This document shows positions 54,669-64,000 of a DNA stretch of 64,000 nt, piece after piece. Where the stretch lies: contig NC_042999.1 of NCBI RefSeq assembly GCF_006345805.1, forward strand, positions 123,194,001 to 123,258,000, read 5' to 3'. Position numbers and translations under genes: made by a program. The notes below the pieces were generated by a model. The model made no database searches, was not told where the DNA came from, and was given only the letters and a program-made list of their open reading frames with translations. Numbering within the stretch: position 1 is the first letter of the stretch; every line of letters starts with the position of its first letter. This DNA is from Octopus sinensis. Its lineage: Eukaryota.

Positions 54669-54768
54669 AACAAAAAATAATTAGTTTTCTCAGCATTATA
54701 TATGCTGAAAAGTTTTTCTCTTTTCTTTGACTTACTGGTCATATTATAACGATATTTTTTATTTGCAG

Positions 54769-54890
54769 TATTTGAAGCATCAGCTTCACTTGTAGTGCGT
54801 AATGATGAAAAAATAACATTTAGGAAATCCTTTAATAATACTTCACTTTATAGAATCTGTCTGAGAGTTCAAAACAGTCAAATAAATAAT
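54769..54890 (+). CDS. Candidate exon (FEASASLVVRNDEKITFRKSFNNTSLYRICLRVQNSQINN)
   Basis: Acceptor ATTTTTTATTTGCAG, 122-nt open frame, moderate donor GTATCA. Confidence 0.28.
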
Positions 54891-56365
54891 GTATCAATTT
54901 CTCCACTTAAGAGTTCTGAGTTGGCTCCTTACCCCCTGTGGTATACTTCAGGGTGGTGAGAAAAGAGAGGTAATGATTCATTGGTAACAGGCTCATTGAA
55001 ATTGGGTTATTCTCTCATAGGGGAATAAAATATATTTTCATATTTCTTTGCTATGTTTTGCAGATGGAACCCTTCTGTGAGCAAAGGCTTATTCAATCAT
55101 CATTACCCACTCACATGAATCATGCAAGTTAAAGGACAAGAAACCCCTGGCCCTCAGATGCCAGCTATAATATGGAAGGGTTTTCAACATTGCAGTAGCT
55201 TCTAATTAATTATGATATCATCATTCTACCTTTGTCACACCTTTCATATTTTGATTAGGCACGTCTGTCTCTCCATGCAAAATCGAATAATTTTCCTTAT
55301 TTTTCTGAATGTTTAATATGTTCAAAAAAATTATGCTTAACAGATGAGTGAATTACTATGTGTGTATACATATGCCTCCATGTGTGTGTGTGTGTATGTT
55401 TCTATGTATCTAAGTATACCTATCTCTATGTCGAAACGAATGTATATAAATGTATATGCATGTCTGTATATGTATGTGTAGGTATATAGATATCTCAATG
55501 CATATGTGTTGTGTATGCATGTGCACATGTATGTCACAGTTGTGAACTCTTGAGAAGAAAGCAGTGTATCACTGATGATGCTCTTAGACTTGTGTTCATT
55601 CTTCTACTGCTGCTGATCCAAAACATTTTGTGCCCCACCTACTAAACCTCCCTCTGCTAGCAGATAACTCACTTCATAACTCATTATCGTCTCCAGCAGA
55701 ATGGTTTTCAGTAATTAATATCTGCCTTGAGGCAAAATCCTGATACGCTTAGTTATCTTTCCCCAAATTTAGTCCAAAGTGAGGAGTGCTGGTTACTGGA
55801 CTAAAATCTTTAGTTTTCTCCTTATCTTAATTATGTAATCCTCATGTTTACCAAATTCTTTAGATAAACTACCAAATTATTTTTCACATCTCGTTAGTTA
55901 CTATCAATATTGTTACGTATTTCCCTCCATTTTATGTGAATTAAAGTACTGAAGTGACTACTGGTTAAAAAGTTTGCTTTGTAACCTCAGAGTTTTGGAT
56001 ACAGTCTTACTGTGTGGTAATTTGGCAAGTGTCTTCTAATAGTTTTGGATTGATCAAAGTCTTCAGAAGCTTAGCCTATCATGTATGTGTGTGTGTGTGT
56101 GATATAGATATATATAAATATGTATACATATTATATGTGTGTATGTATATATGTATAAATATATGCATATATATGTATGTGTATATATATATACATATGT
56201 ATATGTATTTATGTATATATGCAGACAGGGAGAGACAATGCTTCAAATAAACAGATAAAACCTTGGGTTTTAATGTACAAAATATATATACAAGTATACA
56301 TGTAAAAAGAAAAAATTTTCCAATGATAAACAATCAAGTATATATATATATATATATATATATAT

Positions 56366-57809
56366 CCCCTCCTATTTATCATAGTCCTCCAGGCAATAAC
56401 GGAGGAATTCAAGACAGGATGCCCTTGGGAGATCCTCTATGCTGATGACCTTGCTCTAATTGCTGAGTCACTATCAGAACTGAAGGAGAAGTTCCAGGTG
56501 TGGAAGCAAGGATTAGAATCGAAGGGCCTTAGAGTCAATCTAGCTAAAACCAAAGTCCTAATAAGTAGGAAGGTAGACAAATCACAAACGCCTTCAGGTA
56601 GATGGCCCTGCTCGATCTGTAGAAAAGGTGTAGGTAGAAACTCTATAAGATGCACCAAGTGTAAGCTATGGACACATAAGAGGTGCAGCAACATCAAAGG
56701 AAGGCTAACTAGGAAGATAGTTTTTGTATGTGGCAGATGCTCAGGAACAATAAACACTGAAAATGCTCTGAGACCAACTTCTGTCACTTTCCAGGGAGAC
56801 AAACTAGAAATAGTTGATAGCTTCCGTTACCTAGGTGACCAAGTCAGCAGCGTGGGCGGGTGTGCTGAAAGTGTAACTGCTAGAGTAAGAATAGCTTGGG
56901 CAAAGTTCAGAGAGCTCTTACCTCTGCTGGTGACAAAAGGCCTCTCACTCAGAGTAAAAGGCAGACTGTATGACGCCTGTGTATGAACAGCCATGCTACA
57001 TGGCAGTGAAACATGGGCCGTGACTGCTGAGGATATGCGTAAGCTCGCAAGAAATGAAGCCAGTATGCTCCGATGGATGTGTAATGTCAGTGTTCATACT
57101 CGACAGAGTGTAAGTACTTTGAGAGAAAAGCTGGACCTAAGAAGCATCAGATGTGGTGTGCAAGAGAGACGTTTGCGCTGGTATGGACATGTGGCGAGAA
57201 TGGATGAAGATAGTTGTGTGAAAAAGTGCCACACCCTAGCGGTTGAGGGAACCTGTGGAAGAGGCAGACCCAGGAAAACCTGGGACGAGGTGGTGAAGCA
57301 TGACTTTCGAACTTTAGGTCTCACTGAGGAAATGACTAGAGACCAAGACCTCTGGAAGTATGCTGTGCGTGAGAAGACCCGGCAGGACAAGTGAGACCAT
57401 AACCCGTGGCCTTCTACACGGGATGTAGCCAGTCCACTTATGCATACCTTCCCTTCTTGGGACACAAAACTCTACTTGTGAAGACTTGTTGAGGCAAGTG
57501 AGAATCAGAATCGAAATCGATCAATGGAAATTGCAGCTGAGTTACCAGTGCCAGTGACACGTAAGAGAACCATTGGAATGTGGCCGTTGCCAGCGCCGCC
57601 CCGACTGGCCTCGTGCCGGTGGCACGTAAAAAGCACCCGTTACACTCATGGAGTGGGTGGCGTTAGGAAGGGCATCCAGCCGTAGAAACATTGCCAGATC
57701 AAACTGGGCCTGGTGCAGCCTTCTGGCTTCCCAGACCCCAGTTGAACCGTCCAACCCATGCTAGCATGGAAAGCGGACGCTAAACGATGATGATGATGAT
57801 GATGATGAT
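56366..57809 (+). mobile_element. 5'-truncated RTE-clade LINE (RT C-terminal half, 3' UTR, (GAT)n tail)
   Basis: Frame from 56366: PLLFIIVLQ...WEILYADDLALIAES (YADD), VNLAKTKVL, FRYLG, LHGSETW, ERRLRWYGHVARM, GRGRPRKTW; stop at 57394. One premature TGA at 56984-56986. Tail ...GGACGCTAAAC(GAT)n, inserted in (TA)n. Confidence 0.96.
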
Positions 57810-57817
57810 ATATATTA

Positions 57818-58108
57818 TAGAGCAAACTTACTCAGATTACACAGACCCAAAGAATTAGAGGGGAGAAAGTGTTACAAGTCTAACAGCTGTTTCTGAGGGC
57901 TCTGAGTTACCTATTCACCTTGCTGAAGGAGGCTCTGGAGTTTATCAATGTTTATTTGCTTCCATTAACAGCTGCAAATTTTTGATCATCTGCATCTGCC
58001 AGAATTATGAAGTAACACCAAGCCCTTAGAAGCAGCGGTCAGACTTGTAGTGCCCTCTCCCCTCTTCTTTTTGAGTCTCTGTAATCTGAGTAAGTTAAGT
58101 TTGCTCCA
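57818..58108. mobile_element. PIF/Harbinger (Tourist-like) MITE
   Basis: About 85-bp imperfect TIRs (T[A/G]GAGCAAAC...TTACTCAGATTAC...). TTA on both flanks (57815-57817, 58109-58111). Confidence 0.75.
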
Positions 58109-58879
58109 TTAAAAACAAATATATATTTATACCTCACTATTTATAATCTGAAAATTTTGAGTCTGCCTTCTCTTTTTACACATGTATACATGTGTATATA
58201 TTCTGTACATTAAAACCCAAAGTTTTATCTGTTTATTTGAATCATTGTCTCCATATCTGCTCACTTGGCTTCCCCTTATAGCCACTCTTTATCCTGCTGA
58301 CGTGGTCCTTGGTGAAGATATCAGAGTGTAAGTTCAAATCATTTGAGCACTTCTAAGTGTTTTCCATGTGTACTTATGTGTGAAGAAGAGGGAAGTGGCT
58401 GTTACTGTTGTCTCATCTTGACATAATATGATAGAACTGTCTCCATCAAACAAGCAATGTCCTTCATGACCAATCTTCTGTGAACATGATGAAACACTAT
58501 TGTACTTGGAAATAGGTGACGGTTGGCAAAAAAAAAGACATCTAATTGTAGAAAATTTGTCTTAATGAATTCATTCTGGCCCATGATAGTATGGAAAATA
58601 GACATTAGAACAATGATGATTGTGATGACTTTTATGTTTCATGAAATCCTGCTTTTTTTTTTTGCCTTGCATGTCTTTTCATCTGAATGAAAAAAATACA
58701 CTCACAGTCCCTGATAGATTATGTTGATAAATGCAAAGATTGGCCATGGGGAAATATTAACATGCTTGGAAACAAGTGAGGTCTGAGGATGGTAAACGCC
58801 TCTGGCTATAATATATCTATCCCAACAAATCCCATTTAACCCATACAAACACAAATTAAGTGGACATTAAAAATTATGA

Positions 58880-58912
<33 letters not shown>

Positions 58913-60896
58913 CTTGGAGTGTATATACAGATTTATCTATAGATAGATAGATAGTTTATTTTCTCGTCTTCCTTTCCGTTGAAGAAACATAAAAGATTTT
59001 CTCCCCTTCCCCAGCATCAAACTAATACACCTGCTTGTTGTTTATGCGACTATCTTTGTCTTTTGTTTTCCTTTAAATTTCAACTAGGTAGACATACAGA
59101 TAGTGTGAGTGTGTATGTATATACTAGAAGAACATTTTGATAGACTTTCCAAATTTAAGACATTTAGAAACAGTTTCAATATTAATGTCTTGTTTACTAT
59201 GAAGTATGACAATGATAAATTATTCTTTTTACAATTGTTGGTTCAAAACTCTGAACAGGATCAAGACAAATCGACATTATAAACCCATTGTTTTGAGTCA
59301 ATGTTTGCTTTTTACTTCATGATTGGCAGTCACATAAGAACCAGTATTCAAGTTCAGTATAGCTAAAATAAATGAAAGAAAAGACTAAAAGAACTAAAAC
59401 ATATCTTGATTGATAGATATTATTGACAGTCATTAGCTGACAATGGAATATGGAGAGCAAAAATAACTAACACTTGTCATTCTGTTATATTTCTTTTCAC
59501 ATTTCTGTGAATACTGAGGTCTTTGATATAATTAATTAAAAGCTACTACCACTAAAATACCATCCAAATATGAGATTTTAGGAAACCAAAAGATTATTCA
59601 AAACAAAACCCAGCTAAAGTCACTAAAGAAAGCATATAGCAGCTGTGTATCAAAATTGACAGTAAAAAAAAAATGTTGAAGATTTTATTGTGGAATTTGT
59701 ATGAACTTATTTGTAGGTTCTGCTTTGAAAAAGAACAAACTTTTAAAATAAAAAATAAGCTTGCATGCTTATCTGTAAACTAAATTTTTATAATCACATG
59801 CTGTGTTTCTGTTGAGAATTACATTGAGAAAACAAGCATGTCACTGAGAAAGTAGATGACTGTTTACGCACAAAAAATATCTTATCCAAATACATCAAAA
59901 ATTTTATTCAGTGAATATCTAAAATGATGTTCAGGAACTTTACAACTGAATTTTGAAGAGTCTTCCCATTGTACAAGAGAATGGAAAGTACTACAGAGCA
60001 ACAAAGAGTTAGTAAAACATAGTTTTTATTGAAAAATATAAACAAGTAAAAGACAGATTTATGCCTATGTGTGTATAAACATATATATATATCTTTATAA
60101 AAAAGAAGTTTGAAAATGCTACTATATAAGATAAATTTTACTTTATTTAGAAATTTTACATGTTTCGGTTCTTCTTGAAAAAACGAACCTTATCAAAAAT
60201 ATTTTAAAAAGTTAAGTGTAATAAAAAAGTTCATAATTGTTTCTTACTGGTCTCATATATATATATATATGTGTGTGTGTGTGTACATGTGTATATATGT
60301 TTACACACACACACACACGTGTGTGTATGCATACTTCATTGTGGCAGTTATTTTTAACACCAATATTTGTAAAAATGAATTTGTCTTCTATTTGATTTAT
60401 GTAGGATATTCTAAAATTTTATTTATATCTAATAGTCAGTTAATTAATCAATCTATCTACTTAAAGGTCAACAGTTCATTTTTGGGTTTTAGCGTTTGCT
60501 GGGGCATCAAGACAGTACCCCAGCATGACCACAACCAAACAATTGAAACAAGTAAAAGATAGATTTATGCATATGTGTGTATAAACATATATATGTGTGT
60601 GTGTGTTTGTATATACATATGTATATATGTTTACACACACACACTTGTGTGTGTGTATGCATACTCATAAACATACACACAACCTATGAATAACTCCTGC
60701 ATTGTGAATTAAATTATTAATTAATATTTGTAGATGTGTTTGTTAAAACATTTTCACCACATTCTTTCCAATGATTTTCCATTCTAAATAAGTTAAAATT
60801 GTGCACAGTTCCTAATCTGGGAATTTATTTATCAACACAGATGAAGATAATGTTGACATCAGAGGAATTTAATTACAGTTGTATGGTGGTCTAGTC

Positions 60897-61220
60897 CTCA
60901 TCATCATCGTTTAACATCTGCTTTCCATGCTGGCATGGGTTGGACAGTTTGACTGAGGACTGGCAAGCCAGGAAGCTGCACCAGGCTCCAATCTGATCTG
61001 GCAAAGTTTCTACAGCCGGATGCTCTTCTTGATGCCAACCACTCCCAGAGTGTAGTGGGTGCTTTTTATGTGCCACCAGCATGAGGGTCAATCAGGCAGT
61101 ACTGGCATCGACCACGCTTGAATGGTGTTTTTCTTCATGTACCACCGACACAGGACCTGTCAGCTGGCACTGGCATCGATCACACTTGAACGATGCTTTT
61201 CACATGCCACTGGCACAGGA
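60897..61220 (-). mobile_element. RTE-tail repeat copy
   Basis: CATCATCATCGTTTAACATCTGCTTTCCATGCTGGCATGGGTTGGAC... followed by 3' UTR sub-repeats. Confidence 0.88.
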
Positions 61221-61344
61221 CCTAGCAGTATATTTCTCAGTGAACTGAACTATACTGTTTAGCCGAATAAAGCTGTGCAAATCCAAGCAGCAATATTTTG
61301 GGATACTGAAATAATGGGCAGATCATTCACAGAAATTTATTATT

Positions 61345-61535
61345 AGCATTGAGCTGGCAGTATTTAGATGTATTTCATCTGGCTTTACGTTCTGAGTTCA
61401 AATTCCACTGAGGTCAACTTTGTCTCTCATTTTTTTGTGGGGGGTCAATAAATTAAGTACCAGTGAAACACTTTGGTCGATGTATTCAACTAGTCACCTT
61501 CCAACAAAATTTCAGGCCTTGTGCCTTCATCAGAA
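61345..61535 (+). mobile_element. SINE (20428 family)
   Basis: GAGCTGGCAG...TTACGTTCTGAGTTCAAATTCCACTGAGGTCAAC...AATTAAGTACCAG...GGCCTTGTGCC. Confidence 0.85.
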
Positions 61536-62139
61536 AGGATTATTATTATTATTATTATTATTATTATCATTGTTGTTAATATTTACTTTTAATCTCCATG
61601 TTTGTTACAATCACTTGCCAAGACACCCAGCTTGGTACTTTTGGTAAGCAAGCTTTGACCTTGTGCCACCAATATGAAACCTTCAGTCTCTGCTTTCAGT
61701 TCTGAGCTTCTCAGCCACTTATGGGTTGTTACTTGGTCTATTATTATTATTATTATTATTTATGCTTATGGGAAAATGTTTATCGACATTCATGCCATTA
61801 GCTTTCTTGAGTAACTTCCATCTAACCTTATTTCTTATGTGTGCACAAGCATGCATGTATATATTTATCTACTGCAGCCTCAGATTAACTCCTGTCTTGT
61901 GAATAAAATTTAGCTGATAGAAACTGTACAGAAGCTTAATTAATACATATATTTTTGTGTGTGTATCCTTGTTACTTTGCTTCCATTTTACTGAGTATAT
62001 TGACTAGGTACTTTTTCCTATGACAGCAACACAAGTGAGGTTACCATGTAACTAGGAACTCTAAAAATCTCCCATAGCTGAAAGAAAAAATAAATGGGAG
62101 GGTGAGACATTAAAGTATGCTGACAGTGTGACAATTTTC

Positions 62140-62460
62140 CCATTCCATGATGGTAGGCCCTTCATCTGGAATTCCACATGCTGTGACACCATCTCCAGTA
62201 GCAATTTAGTGTGTTTCACCCAGGCTCTGTTGCTTGTCAGTCTGAGAAAACAAACTGTCAAGATATTGGTTGCTCTCTACCTTTGACAGTGGAGACCTCT
62301 AGCATTTTTGGATCCTGGAGCATATCTCTGCTGACCACTATCAGAGTGGAGATGACTATTTGCAATTGTGAGCCCTCTGAGTCAAAGTGGCTATTTCAGC
62401 CCATCTCCCTTGCCATTGTCTGGGATAACATCTTCTCCATTTTGTCTGTGGGACCATGAA
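62140..62460 (+). mobile_element. CRE/R2-like non-LTR element C-terminal (restriction-like endonuclease) remnant
   Basis: GRPFIWNSTCCDTI (cf. WDATCVDT), PLTVETSSIFG, EPSESKWLFQPISLAIVWDNIFSILS (cf. WLFQRISLAVxRGNAxSIL). Confidence 0.75.
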
Positions 62461-63559
62461 GCAGTCTGAATTACAGGTCACCTGATGAGACACAAATAAT
62501 AATAATAATAATAATAATAATAATTTTTTTATTAGCCACAAGGCTATTTCATAGGATGAACTGGTTTGTTGTTAGAAGTTGTTTGTGGAGACACTAAGAG
62601 AAACTGTTAGAGAAGAGATTTATAGAAAGGAAAGAAAAACAGTAGAGCAAGGGATTAGTGAAAGAGTGGGAGGGTAATAAGGAGGTCTGGAGTGGTTTGA
62701 ATAAAATGAAAGTTAGTATTACTCTCTACATACATACATACATGCATTCATGCATGCATGGAAGGAGTGGTACTAGAAATGGAGACATACACATTCCATA
62801 AAATATAGAAAAAAATTAATGACTATGGGTTTAATCATTTAAATTTGCTAGATTAGTCTCAGCATTTAATCCTCCTAGTCAGTAAAAGAAGTGTATGTAC
62901 TTACATACATACATGCACACACACGTGCACAACAGGTTTCTTTCAGTTTCCATCTACCAACTCCACTCACAAGCCTTTGGTTAGTCCAAGGCTATAGTAG
63001 AAAACACTTGCACTAGTTACCTTGCACATAACACATAGCCATGCCAATATATACATATGCAAGATATTTAGTTGTTTGTTATATTTCAGCTAGTAAAAGA
63101 TTAGTTTGAACATAGATTAATAAAACACTCTTCAAAATGTAAAGTAAGTTAATATTAGACTATTCCTTAATTGATAAATGATAATCGCTGATAAAGTCCT
63201 AAAATATTCTTTCATCTTCATTTCAACTTTTTTGGTTTGACAGACAGAATACTCTGTTTATACTTTAACTTTCTATATCTTTATACTGATTTTACACATT
63301 AATGTTCTTTAATCCTCCCATCAAATATTTCTGTTTACACACTTTACAATAATTCTTGTTTTCCATTTAATCCAAATAATTTCAGTTTTGCTATATTGGT
63401 ATTTTCTCTTTAATTCCTTTCCAGCAATACATACAGGCTTCTTTTTTGTGTGATGAAGAGAGAGAGAGAGATAGAGAGGGAGAAAGAGTGTGTGTGTGTG
63501 TGTGAGGGAGAGAGAGAGAGATGAATGTGTCATTATATTTAGAAAAGCTATTGTTGTAT

Positions 63560-63900
63560 CCCTAAAGGAGACAGAATGAAATTACAGCTCTGTGCCAAGT
63601 CAGGCATTAGAAACACCGTTGATACTGCAGAACATTCATTTAACAAAATATTTAAAGACACATCCTACAAACATATCCCACAAGGCACCATGAAAAATAG
63701 AACCCCAGTTATGTATCAGAAATAACCAGACTGATAAAAAACAGGAATAAAGCTCAAGCACAATATACCAACACCACACTCAGTAGAAATGAATTCAGTG
63801 TCATTGGTAGAAAAACAGAAAACTAGCAAACTTTTATATTCAATATAACCACTAAACAAAGAAAAGCATTATATAGAATAATTAGCAGCATCAACTACAG
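63560..63900 (+). mobile_element. Possible LINE EN-RT linker remnant
   Basis: FNKIFKDTSYKHIPQGTMKN resembles a KHIPKG linker motif; weak, many stops. Confidence 0.35.
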
Positions 63901-64000
63901 GAAGAATGACTACAACACTGGCCATACCACATCACCTGTTACAATTGCAACTTTAAGTAACTGTTGTTATCGGGAAATAACTTTATTAATTTATTTGCAT

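Noticed and set aside
61505-61533. Minus-strand CTGATGA-AGGC...GCCT-GAAA hammerhead-like core
   Set aside because: Lies within a SINE end, with no stem I/III or NUH triplet; chance mutation.

Overview
AT-rich (roughly 30-33% GC by eye) eukaryotic genomic DNA, saturated with (TA)n/(CA)n/(AAT)n/(GAT)n microsatellites and interspersed repeats. The repeat families resemble, from recall rather than a search, those of octopus/coleoid cephalopod genomes, so an Octopus intronic or intergenic region is the likely source (inference). Most ORF-track entries are microsatellite artefacts. Well-supported content is mobile DNA: a full-length but disrupted Tc1 element (51122-52379) plus a solo end (2544); a 5'-truncated RTE LINE (56366-57809) and many copies of its 3' tail; Penelope-like RT and GIY-YIG remnants; Gypsy integrase, mariner, CRE-like and other LINE remnants; three MITEs; and over 20 tRNA-derived SINE copies. 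No host gene could be named. Several short candidate exons with good splice sites occur on both strands but cannot be assembled confidently. The most notable items are a hammerhead-ribozyme-like motif (6651-6696) in a tRNA-headed, Penelope-associated element, two near-perfect hairpins outside any recognised repeat (49529-49601, pre-miRNA sized; 13696-13833), several long inverted repeats that would form dsRNA, a 340-bp local duplication and a candidate recursive splice site.
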